From NCBI GenBank assembly GCA_040285825.1, contig JAUPSS010000009.1, forward strand, positions 434,001-498,000: 64,000 nt of DNA, read 5' to 3'. Source of the DNA: Eukaryota sp. TZLM1-RC. Lineage: Eukaryota; Protista; Metamonada: BaSk clade. Below the pieces are notes generated by a model. It did not search any database. It saw only the letters and a list, made by a program, of their open reading frames with translations, and was not told the origin of the DNA. Position numbers and translations under genes: made by a program. Positions within the stretch are counted from its first letter, which is position 1, and the number at the start of each line of letters is the position of its first letter. Below are positions 1 to 10,796 of the stretch, piece by piece.

Positions 1-1077
1 CAACGGTGGTTCATCTATACCAACAGCTTTCCTACTCAGATCAACTCTATCGGCAGCTTTGAGGCACATCATGTTAGCATTAAAAGCATTATAACCATAA
101 CCATCACTAGACCATGCAAATAGAGAATATTTCTTTGGCGAAACCAAACCATTCACTCTTCCGCCAGTCATTATGACAGAATTCTCAAGACTTCTTTTCT
201 TGAAGCCAGTCATGCCGTTTTTCGTATTACACAGCGAAATCTCATTATCGAGAGATGCAAAATAAATAATATTTGGGTCTGAATAGTCAAATGCAAGATG
301 AGAAAGTTCATATTTAGAAACATTCTTTACCCTTGAAACAATTGAGCACTTTCCTCGAGGATCAATTACAGAAATGGTTCGAGAAACACCACCAACAGCT
401 AGCATTGACGACGAAGAAGAAGTGATAGTGTAGAGAGGGTCAGAACAGATCTTGTGACGTGATACTTTTGGATTTTTGATCCGAAGGTCAACAGAAGTCA
501 AATGACAAGTCTCCAGTAAGTGAACAATATTAGAGTCTTGAATTGTGAAATTATAAATGCAGTCATGAAAGTGCTCTAGTCTCACTGAATCCTGTTCAAC
601 AATGTCATTAATGGCAAGACTTTTGTTGAATGTTGACGTGCTGAGTGATTGATTATTTGATAGGAATGAAACAGCATGGTAACCGGGAAAAGTTGTATCA
701 CCATGGTTATAAAGACTGGGAGACGTATCTTTTGTGTTTAAGTTGAGCAGACCTATTTCTCCTGATTGTGTGATTGCAAGAACATTTTCTGATTGACTTG
801 AGCACGATGTTATTGGAGTGGAGAGAGAAAAGAGCTTAGAATGTGTATATGTACTGGAAACAGTGGTGAGGGTTCGAGTGGAGGCTACGTTTTTAGGAGG
901 AGCAGGCTTATTGAGAGAACATTCAAAAAGAGATGATCCATTAGCCACGATAAAGTTAGATTCCTGGGTAAAAGCCAGTCTGGTAGCAAAAGGAAAGGAA
1001 GCTTCCACTTGCCCTACTGTTGGAACTAGATGATACGTTGATGCATATGGAAACATCTTGTTTAATAATGAAGTCAT
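1..1077 (-). CDS. Partial CDS running off the left edge; possible WD40/beta-propeller protein
   Basis: Manually checked minus-strand frame is open from ATG 1077 to position 1 (359 codons, no stop, hence absent from the ORF track); beta-strand-rich with SVDLR/ISVIDPR/FASLDNEI-type segments. Confidence 0.7.
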   Translation of the reverse strand, partial: MTSLLNKMFPYASTYHLVPTVGQVEASFPFATRLAFTQESNFIVANGSSLFECSLNKPAPPKNVASTRTLTTVSSTYTHSKLFSLSTPITSCSSQSENVLAITQSGEIGLLNLNTKDTSPSLYNHGDTTFPGYHAVSFLSNNQSLSTSTFNKSLAINDIVEQDSVRLEHFHDCIYNFTIQDSNIVHLLETCHLTSVDLRIKNPKVSRHKICSDPLYTITSSSSSMLAVGGVSRTISVIDPRGKCSIVSRVKNVSKYELSHLAFDYSDPNIIYFASLDNEISLCNTKNGMTGFKKRSLENSVIMTGGRVNGLVSPKKYSLFAWSSDGYGYNAFNANMMCLKAADRVDLSRKAVGIDEPPL

Positions 1078-1252
1078 TTCAACTAATTCACTTTCTCTTT
1101 AAACCTTAAAATCTAAACCAAAACAGAAGGAGATAGTCAACACAAAAATCATCATATAGGAGAAAAATGTACTTAAAGTTGACCCATAATAACAAGTGAC
1201 AAAAAAAGTTTTAGACAAGCTTTTATACAAAATAAATTTACTACAAGCTAAA

Positions 1253-2531
1253 TTATTCGGGTTCGTTTTCATAGCATAAAATGGCAAACACATCAGGGCT
1301 GCTAATCTTAAAGTATTTCTGAGCTCTAGAAGGCCATAAAACCCAGGAAATAACAAGTAGTGACAATAAATTGAAGAACCAAAGGGATCCGTCGACTATT
1401 TTTTCTTGATCATGTACAGGAATTAAAGACCCAATAAAGATAATAACAGGTGCAATCATGAACCAAAACACAAACAACAAACCACCACGATCATATAACT
1501 TTCTCTTTTCGGCAAATGACTCGGATGATCTGGTTTCTGCAAGATTTACCAAGAAATAAAACATGGCAACAATACGAAGACAAACAGAAACATAACCAAA
1601 AATGTTATCATAGCCAAACGTGTGAGTTGCGGGGTCAGTAGCCCATGTTTCTAAAAATAGCAACAAAAGCTCTACACCAACAAATGTACTCAAGAGGGTT
1701 ATTAGCTTAGTTTTGCCACTGAGAAGTGTTGTCGAGACAGCCCAGCCTTTAGAAATCAAAATCAAAAGCAGCATGACGCATAATTCAAAGGAGAGCATAA
1801 ACAGATCAGCTACAAAGTGGAGGAACCTAGTTTCACCACCAGAAGAGGCCAACTTGGCAAAGAAGGCAAAGAAGAACCAAACACCCAGAGCATAGGTTAC
1901 AATCGCTACGGTGAGAATAATGATGAGGGGGTGAAGGTAACTTGTTCCCCATTTGAAGAAGATGGCATAAACCTGCAGAAGGACAAGAATCAAGGAGGTG
2001 ATACCAAAAGCAAGGGAGAACTTACCCAGGCCATGGAGGTTAGCTCCAAGGTGTTGCTTCCACCAGTTTCCGGGATTGGTGAATTCAAGTTCATAGTCTA
2101 CGTCAATAGAGGCTTCAGGCTCACAACGAGCAAAGACAATGTAGAAGAAAGTGGGACGGTCAAGATATTTGGTATATGAGGCAATCTCGTCCGATTTATG
2201 ACTCTTGTGGATGGGAATCTTGCGCACAGCTTGATTCTTCTTGTCAAGACATGCAAGACGGTTATTATCATAGACGCGAAGCCAATTGTCGTCAGTATAT
2301 ATGAGAAGGTCCACAGGATCGCCATTGTTGGTGATGTCCATAGTAAGACCACCTTCGCCAGGTGGAAGGTATGCAAACTTATCTACAAACTTAAAGACAC
2401 CGCTAGTTCCTTTATCTTTGGTCAAAGTAATGAGAATCCATACCCTTCACTTTGACACGGCCAGAAGAAATCTTGGCAGATGCCAAGGAGAGACAAAGAA
2501 GAACGAGAACAAGAGAGTGAAGACGTTGCAT
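1253..2531 (-). CDS. GPR180/TMEM145-like 7TM protein with signal peptide; one 28-nt intron (2416-2443)
   Basis: ATG 2531 gives signal peptide MQRLHSLVLVLLCLSLASAK; splicing GTATGG..TGACCAAAG joins in frame to DKGTSGVFKFVDKF; LLILISKGW and LWPSRAQKYF motifs; 7 hydrophobic segments. Confidence 0.8.
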
Positions 2532-3039
2532 CTCAAGTTGTGTACAATTGTTTAAGCAATTTTAAAGGATACCCATTCACTACATGTTCATTCGACGTAA
2601 CCTATTTTTCTAGCACAAATTCTGATAACACACTCCCTAGTCTGTAGACAAGTGTTTCAAAAACTTACTTGAGCGAAACCTGAGATTTCTTTCATTGTCA
2701 GGACAATTTATAGTTTTTTTCATAAAAGAAATTATTCGTGTAACAAAAAGGTTCCACTCTTAATTTTCAGTCAGCTCTATGTTCCTCAAATTAAGTGGTT
2801 GAACAATTGTAAAGAACCTACTGTGAATTTAATTTATCATGCATTCCCCTTTGAAATTTACTCATGTTTTCAACTTTCTCAAGGTTTACTCACAGGCCGA
2901 AAAATACATGTAGCATCATTTGACAAAGACAATCATGATCTTCATCAATGGGCTACCTCACTTAAATACACCAACTGCTTTCACAGAACAAGGCCTCGCG
3001 ACTTGATGGATCTAAGGAAATCAACCAAATGCCACTAAG

Positions 3040-3108
3040 GTATACAAAGGAATAAAATACAAATTATACAAATTTGTATACAAAGGTATACAAAGGTTAA
3101 ATACAAGG
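3040..3108. repeat. Degenerate TATACAAAGG tandem repeats with a 16-bp palindrome (3065-3080)
   Basis: Several tatacaaa(gg) units and TATACAAATTTGTATA read directly. Confidence 0.6.
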
Positions 3109-3212
3109 ATGAAAATGAAATAAAGGTTCCTTTTTAAAAAAATTAGTGTCTGTTTACTCAGGTTCCTCATTCATTTCCTCAACAAAACTTCTGGGCAAAT
3201 TGATCTTTCCGG

Positions 3213-3612
3213 TCACAATTCCACTTTCTTCTTTATTTGAATATTTTTAGCAGGGGAAATATCTCTGTCATATACTATTTGACACTCAGTACAAATACGC
3301 ATCCGCCATGGGCCTGCTTGAGTATTCTCGGCCATGCAACAACTGGACACTTTGCTTGTATTAAATTCACTGGTTGACAAGTGTTTCACGTCCTTTTGAT
3401 AACACAACCATTTTCTGAAAGCCTTTGCTGATGCATATTGACTGACTTTTCGGCAATGAGAAGGGAAATAAGCAGAACCCACAGCAAGGTAGAGTTTTTC
3501 AGGATGTCCAGCCAGCCTTTGAAATTTGTTCAGACTCTCTCGGAACCGTCTCTCTTTTCGTCTGCGGTTTTCAAATTTAATTATTTTCCATTTTTGGCGA
3601 TTACTTTCCAAG
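3213..3612 (-). pseudogene. Fanzor1 (TnpB-like) C-terminal segment: RuvC-II, Zn finger, RuvC-III
   Basis: LAVGSAYF, SEFNTSKVSSCC, RICTECQIVYDRDISPAKNI motifs; joins in frame to the 10797 segment when LTR element 1 is removed. Confidence 0.88.
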
Positions 3613-3691
3613 TGTTGCCTAAAGTCTATTGTAGTAAAGAAAAGTCTGATTTATTTTCTATTCATATTATATAAGCCTTAGGGCGCCAACA
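3613..3691 (-). repeat. 3' LTR of element 1 (79 bp)
   Basis: Identical to 10718-10796; preceded on the minus strand by PPT AAAAAGGGAAGAAGCAG (3692-3708). Confidence 0.95.
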
Positions 3692-3813
3692 CTGCTTCTT
3701 CCCTTTTTCAAAATAAATCAGCTTATATGAATATGAAATAAAAACTATATACAATTAACAAAACAACTATAATAAATACATATAATCGATATAATATAAA
3801 TAATCGATATAAA

Positions 3814-6800
3814 CTAAGAATTAGCTCCTCTTCCTAATTCTATAACTGCGTCTAGGCCTCTTAGAAGGCGTAGACTCATTGGAGGTACTTTGTCGTCGAC
3901 TAGTGGTACGTTTTCCAATTTTCTTGTTATCCTTACTAAATAACTTATAAGCTTCTGAATGTTTAACCGAATGGAGTGGCTCTTCTGTTGTCTCACCGCC
4001 AAACCACTGAACAGTACAGAAACTACCTGAATCAGAGTGGTATTCTGAGAGGATTTTTCTCTATAACGTGTTTTTCGGAATCGCCTGCAGCGACTGCCTT
4101 GAGGAATTCAATGTCCTGTGGATTTTTCTGCGTTATAAATTTTGCAATCTTTCTTGGCAGCTTTTAATTCTGTGCCAGTAGTAAGATTCTTCAATAATAA
4201 AGTGGATTTGGAAGGAAGGTCAATAACTAAAAATGGTCCATTCCAAGATCCATGCAATTTATTATTTTGCTTGGTTTTACGTAAGACGTAGTCACCAATA
4301 TTAAATACTATAAAACACGAATTAGTATTATCTACTGAAGACGGAGTATTTAATGTTTGGTGACGCTCTGCTTCTTCCCTTTTTTTCTTGTAGACGAGTG
4401 TTTTTCATTTTGATGTCATCTAATAAAGGGATATTAGTTTCAAATTTGGATAAATTTCCTAATATATTAGCAGGGTCTGTTCTTGGACTAATCGAAGAAC
4501 CGAACATGAGTTCGTATGGGGTAAAACCAGTTTTTCTGCTTTTTAGTAGAATTTATTAATAGTTGGGATATAGGTACGTATGTAGACCAATTTCCGTAAT
4601 CATTGAAATCTATTAATAGTTTCCTTAAGCATTGAAGAACGTCTCTATGTTTACGTTCTACAAGTCCATTACTTTCTGAATAGTGGGGAATTGAGTTACT
4701 CATCTCAATCGCTAATCTGTTACACACTATTTTGAAAGTCTCATTGGCGAACTCAGGTCCATTATCACTATGAATTAACATAGGTATGCCAAAGATAGCG
4801 CAAACATTCCAAATCAAGGCATCTGCGGTTTCTAAGGCATTGAGTTCTTTTAGAGGGACTAAAATTGTATATCCAGTAAAAGAGTCTACAAATACTAATA
4901 GATATTTATTTCCTTCGTTGTCAGAATTTAGGGGTCCAATTGTATCGACATTTAATCTGGCAAAAGGACGATCTGCCCATAAAGATCCTGTGGAAGGTGT
5001 TTTTGATCTTTTAACTGGAGCCGTTTTTTTGACAAGTTGGGCATCTTTTGACATGATTAATAAGGTCCTTTCTCATATTGGGCCAGTAGAAATCACTTTT
5101 GGACAGTTTGTGTAAACTATCGTTTTTGCTGGGGTGACCAGATTGAACCAAACCATGTATTAATAATAGTGCCTGTTTTCTGAGGCTCTTTGGAATCAAA
5201 ATTTTGTTTTTATTATTTTTCCAAATTTGAGTGTTTACATCTAGAATTGCGTTATCAAATAAAGAGTCGTTGTTGTTTTTGGCTATTTGTTGTTCAGATC
5301 TTATCTTAGACAGCCAAGAAGAAAAAATAGGTAGGTCTTGGTGTCTACTTAGAGATGAGATTGAAGGGATGTCTTCAAGATCCGAATCAGAATCATCGTC
5401 TAGTGGAGGTATCTCGTAATTTGAAAGTAAAGTGTCTGGTATATTTATACTACAAATAGAAGGAGTTTCCTCGTTTTGATCCAAATCAATATTCCTCGAT
5501 AACATATCTGCCCAATGGTTGTCTTCACCAGGTTCGTGGACTATGTCAAAGTCGAATTCAGATAGTATCGGCAGCCATCTCTTTACAATTCTATTTTTCT
5601 CTGGGGCTGTAGCCAGGAATGCAATGTTTTTTATGATCTGTGAAAATTGTTAAATGTCTAGTTAACAAGTAGCTTTCTAAACAACTTTCAGTTAAAAATC
5701 AGAAGTATTGCGTATAATTCTGTTTGTAAGGTGGACCATTTTCTTTGTGTTTCTGTAAGTAATCTACTATAGAATGACAAAGGTTTCACTTTCCTTTTTA
5801 TTTAGCGGGGTTCCTGCAGGGGAGTAGGGTTCAATTTCTTGCCAAATAACACCTCCTACTGCTACATCTGAAGCGTCAGTACTTATCAATACTCGCTTGC
5901 CCGGAGCTGGTAATTCAAGGGGCATGTGGTTTACTATTAGGTCTTTTTATTTGTATTAAGTAATCGTCATGCTTGCAAGTCCATTTAATTATTCTGGGTT
6001 TTCCTTTAATTAGCTCGTTAATTGGAGCAATTAATTCAGAAATACCTGGAAGCCAATCTCTAATATAATTGATGGATCCTACCAATGAGCGAACTTCTTT
6101 CACTGTTTTTGGTCTAGGGATTCTCATCAAGGCTTCGATTTTTTTCTTACTTATAAATCTAGTTTTTATCCTGGAAGGTACTTCCTAAAATGTCGATAGG
6201 GTGTATTGATGTTACGAATTTACATTTACGTAAGCCTATATTTACACGTCTATTTCTGGCGCATTGGAGGACTCTTTGTAATCTCTTATAGAAATCTTCG
6301 AAAGTCGTTCCAACTATTATGATATCATCAATATATATAAAAACGCCATCAATTTGGAATATTTCCATCATTACATTTTTGGAAAACTGCTGGGATGTTC
6401 TTTAATCCGAAGCAAGCTCTTTTAAACATAATTGATCTTCCAGGGATTGAGATTGATGTTTTCTCAATATCCTTCTCAGCAACATTCATCTGCCAGAAAG
6501 CTTTTTGGTAAATCAAGCGTGGCGATGTAATTTGCTCTACTCAAAAATTCTAATATATCACTAATCCTAGGTAGATTAGGCTCTACTGAAATCGTATGGG
6601 CATTAACTCCATCTTTACCACTAAAGTCTCCAGTTAACCTGGGTTTTTGCCGTCAGGGTATATAACTAAGACAATAGGAGAGCTGAATTTATAATTAGAT
6701 TCAACTGCATAGCCCATTTCGATCAGTTCATCAAATATTTTGTTTGCTATTTCCATTTTGCTGGGATTTAACCGTCTAGCAGGTTTATGTACTATAGCAT

Positions 6801-7090
6801 TCTCATCTCTAAAGGGGATTGTTAGAGGATTACAATCGATTCCTTTTCTATTAGGAGTTTCACTAAAAACATCGCTGAATAATTTTAGTAGACTCGTTAA
6901 TTTTAATTTATTATTACTATCATCTAAATTTATCTCACATCCAGATCTTGCTAATTGCTCCTCAAAATCAGAAGGACTTGGTGATTGGTTATCTAAGTTC
7001 CCAATCGAATGTTGAGCGATCCTAGAGTCGAATTCTGATTCTGCATTTAGCAAAGTGCGGTGTTCTTTGTCTAATCTAATGAAAAGACCA
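3814..7090 (-). pseudogene. pol of element 1 (RT, RNase H, integrase, chromodomain), frameshifted
   Basis: ORF pieces contain FSSPIVLV, GVFIYIDD, RSLVGSINY, HGLVQSGH..CPTCQK, VDTIGPL, HSDNGPEF, SNGLVER. Confidence 0.92.
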
Positions 7091-10000
7091 TCATCCGTCT
7101 GAAGCCCAAGTGCTTTTTAACATGTCTGTCCCTATTAATAATTTGTTCGAACCCGGGATTATGGGAAGAGTATGTTTATAGTGAACTTGTTGCGCAATGC
7201 TTCCTACGTTGAACGACAGAATACCAGTTGCACTCCCTAGCGATTTTGTGGATACGTTATTAGCTGGTAAGAACTTAATAGTATCCTTGCTATTGATTGA
7301 CATATGGCATTGTTCAGCTAAATCTGCAGTAATAACTGAACAAAACGCAGCCGAATCTATAGTCGCAATCATTTTAATATCATTTATTGATATCTCCAGT
7401 CTTAGAAATGGAGAACGCTGGGACCTGACGTGGTTTTCACTAACCGTAGAATTAATATCAAAAATGCTATTGATATCAGAGCTGGTTTGGTGAATTTGTA
7501 GAGGAATTAAAAGATTTTGTTGAGCTGTTGGAAAGTTGTTGACTGGGTTTCCTAAATCGGTTGTTGATTGGTTGTGATTGATTGCGTTGATATGTACCCG
7601 ATTAGGAAAGTTGCCTGTCCTGCTGTTCCGGTTGCTGTTGTTGATCCGTCTGTGAGGAACCGTACTCGAACGGGTCGGTTTTGACTCAGTAGGGGATGCG
7701 TTTGATGATATGTCCTCTGTTGTGTTTATGTTATGTATAGGTCTGTACTGACCTCTTCCTTTATGACCTCTATAACGGCCTCCACGGCCTCTAAATTTGA
7801 ATCTATGTACACGTCTACCACGGCCACCTCGGCCCCTTTCTACACTGCCTCTACTAGCAGGCGCCTCCTGTTCTCCTAATCTGAATCTTTCTTCTTTGGG
7901 AACTCTGCTTCTAGCACAACGAGGATCTTTGCATTCGAATACAGTGTGGCCAACAGAATTGTTACCTTCGACGTTGCTGCAGAATGTACAGAATTTTGAC
8001 CCTTCTCGTTCATGCTTTTCAGGGATGTATTTGTGTTGAGGGGTTCCTCTTGACTTTCCACCTGATCGTCTTGCTCGTTTTGTTGGAGCCTGGGCTGATG
8101 GTGTTACTCCTCTTGAGTAAGTTCTCATTGCCGTGAGTCCCAAAGGAATATCTTCTTCGTTAGCCCTGTTCCTTAGTACATCCATTGTGGGCTTGTTTCC
8201 TGCTGTGTAACACCAAGCGAGGAAATGTCTTCTCGTTGTCGATATCAAATCGAGTAGAGTTGTTCTGTTCGGTGAGTCCCACAAGGATTCCCTAGTCCAT
8301 ACTGGGAGGAGTTCGCTTGATATAGCAAAGTTATCCAGACCCATAAGGAAGTACTCGGCTATTAGAGCGGGAGATATGGTTATCAACCCACTGCTTCCTC
8401 TAATTAAATCGGGGATGGTTAGGTCGGTCATGTAGGTGGTCATTCTCAAGACGTCTCCAAAATCTTCTACATAACGACCAAACTCGTTGTCAGCCTCATG
8501 CCTATTGTGGATTTTCCTCCAATTTATTCTAGGCTTCATTAGAGCTGTACAAGCCTCATGATATGATGTGAATTGCGTTCTTTTTAACAGAAATACCATG
8601 ACGTCGGCGTCGGTATAATCAACACCGAGTAAACCTTGACTCTGCCATCTAGATAGAAGGCTAGGGTCGATCATGCTGGATATTCCTGTGGGGCAAGTGC
8701 TCATCATCATGCTCCTAAATAAATCATAATGGTGGATTGGGGGTCCGAGCTTATCTGTTATAGCTGGATCAATCCTTACCAAAGGCTGTGTTGTATCCCT
8801 GGTGATCTCGTCGCGTATATGTTTGGGGAGATCTTTAATCCTATCTTGGGTTATTTCTGCTTGGCCTTCTCCAAATAGCTGGGTAGCTATCATAAAGGCT
8901 CTGGTCCAATCTGATTGACCTGGGGCTTCGAAGCTTCTATTAACTATCTTTCGCCCGTATTTATCCCAAGTTTGAAATTTTAAAAGAAAAGCTATGATAG
9001 ACATTTTGTTAATAGGGTCATCAGCGGATAATCGAGGTCTTTTATAGTCGATATCCTTAGACCGTGGATTAATCTGTCTATGAAGGCTACTAGCTATGCT
9101 CATGTCAATAGCTCTTCTTGAGGATTGTAGGTCCTCAATACGCATAGGTCTATCGGAAGAAGAGTCTCTTACTGAGGGTTGAGGAGGGGCCGTTTCTCCA
9201 ACGACTGGCCCGTTCAACTCAATGTCTTCTCCAATTTCACTTTCCATGGGTTGAGAGAAAGTTGGTTCTTCCTGAGGTGCAACGTCTTGTCTTGTTACAG
9301 GTTCCGGGACGTTCACTGTTGGAACATGATCGGGTATGCTGTCGATAGAGCAGACCTGTATTGGTTGGCTTTTTTCAGAAATTATAGGGGCTACAACAGG
9401 CAGTTTGGGAAGGTGGAGAGATGTGGATGGATCTCCCGTTACCCATTGTCTAAACTCTCGTTGTTTTGTGAACGAGTTACCATGTTGTTGGGTGTAGTTG
9501 TTAGGACGGCTCCTATACGTGGATACAGCTGATCGTTCCGTATGAATGTTATTTAGAGCGTCTGCATCAAACCAGGGGGTTACTGGTTCAAGCTTGTCTT
9601 GTTCACTACTATCCTCCTGCTCCATAAATTCCCTAAAATATGTGGGAGCACCCTCTGTCAGCTCCGTGTAATTATGGATTTCCGTATCAAAGTTAGGATC
9701 AAACCAGGCAGGCAATTTGGATTGTAGGATGTCTTCCGAGTCGGTCCTACTTCTCTGTTCGATGGAGAGAAACCTTATTCTCCTGCCGTATTGATCTAGG
9801 AAGGAGGCCTTCCAATCCAATCTATCTTTGATGGGAAGAGACATCAATTCATTGATTCTCTTGTCCATTCCAGAGATTCTGGGGCGGCGTTCTGCGTTAC
9901 GCCCGAATGTCTCTCTACTCAATTTATCGAGTGCCTTTATGAGTTCATTCCTTTCATTGAGGGGAATTTCCAATACCTTTTGGGTATCCCCAATCATTCC

Positions 10001-10640
10001 GAGGGTCTGAAAACCAACGTTTCTGCCTCTTTTTTTGAACGTAACTCCATAAAGGGGGAAGTTGCTCGAACAGACAGAAATCTGTTGGTTCGAGGTAAGC
10101 CTCCGCGTCCTCTCTTAATAACTTGTAGAACCCCTCAGAAGAGTCGTCTTCTCCCTCCATTTCATCTAGTTGAGATTGAATTTCTTCATATTCTCCTAAT
10201 GGGGAAGACGTGTCTAAGGTGGGATCTCCATCCGTTCCCTTTGAGACAGGTTCTAGAATTGGGAGGGGAGAGGGAGCCAGGTCCGTTCTCGTTGCCTCTT
10301 CCATTGCTTTGAGGGGAGAGGGAGCCGGGTCCGTTCTCGTAACCTCATCTGTTTCTTTTTTCCTGAGGGGAGAGGGAACCGGGTCCGTTCTCGTTGCCTC
10401 TTCTGTTTCTTTTTTTCTGAGGGGAGAGGGAGCCGGGTCCGTTCTCGTTACCTCTTCTGTTGTTGAAGATGGAGGGACCTCGTCCACTCTTTCATCTTCT
10501 TCTACATTAAGGGAGGGGGAGGTGGGATCCGGGTCCGTTGCCTCGTTGCCCTCTATATCATGTGTATGTGACGCTGGTACCTGCTGCATATTAAGTGGTG
10601 GATTAGAGTCAGAGATATCTGGTTGGGAGATGTCTGACAT
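7091..10640 (-). CDS. gag-protease of element 1 (frameshift near 9990)
   Basis: 228-aa plus 968-aa ORFs; CTFC..GH..C..C knuckle, RGG-rich tract, aspartic protease ATIDSAA..LLIGTD. Confidence 0.85.
10265..10462 (-). repeat. Four coding tandem repeats (48/54/54-bp period) encoding EE(A/V)TRTDPAPSPL
   Basis: ggggagag anchors at 10265, 10313, 10367, 10421. Confidence 0.9.
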
Positions 10641-10717
10641 GCTGTAAAGTGTCTGAAGATGTTCACTAATGCTGAAGTTATGGTATACCTTTTGACTTTA
10701 AAATGGCCAATAATTAT

Positions 10718-10796
10718 TGTTGCCTAAAGTCTATTGTAGTAAAGAAAAGTCTGATTTATTTTCTATTCATATTATATAAGCCTTAGGGCGCCAACA
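10718..10796 (-). repeat. 5' LTR of element 1 (79 bp)
   Basis: Identical to 3613-3691; contains TATATAA and AATAAA on the sense strand. Confidence 0.95.

Larger units (their letters stand above)
3613..10796 (-). mobile_element. Ty3/gypsy chromovirus-type LTR retrotransposon (element 1), 79-bp identical LTRs, TSD CAAG
   Basis: LTRs 3613-3691 and 10718-10796 (TGTTG..CAACA); CAAG at 3609-3612 and 10797-10800; gag-PR(IDSAA)-RT(YIDD)-RH(TDAS)-IN(HHCC, HSDNGPEF, GPF)-chromodomain order. Confidence 0.95.

Noticed and set aside
3040-3108. Possible CRISPR-like array next to a RuvC nuclease gene
   Set aside because: Units are ~10 bp, irregular and lack unique spacers
10265-10462. Repeat-spacer-like pattern of GC-rich units
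   Set aside because: In-frame coding repeats within gag; periods are multiples of 3 and the intervening parts are near-identical
10690-10710. TGG-starting canonical PBS (TGGCCATTT; TGGGTCGTC in element 2)
   Set aside because: TGG is 8 nt from the LTR, lies within the palindrome and matches no tRNA 3' end that I recognise; not fully excluded without the host tRNA set
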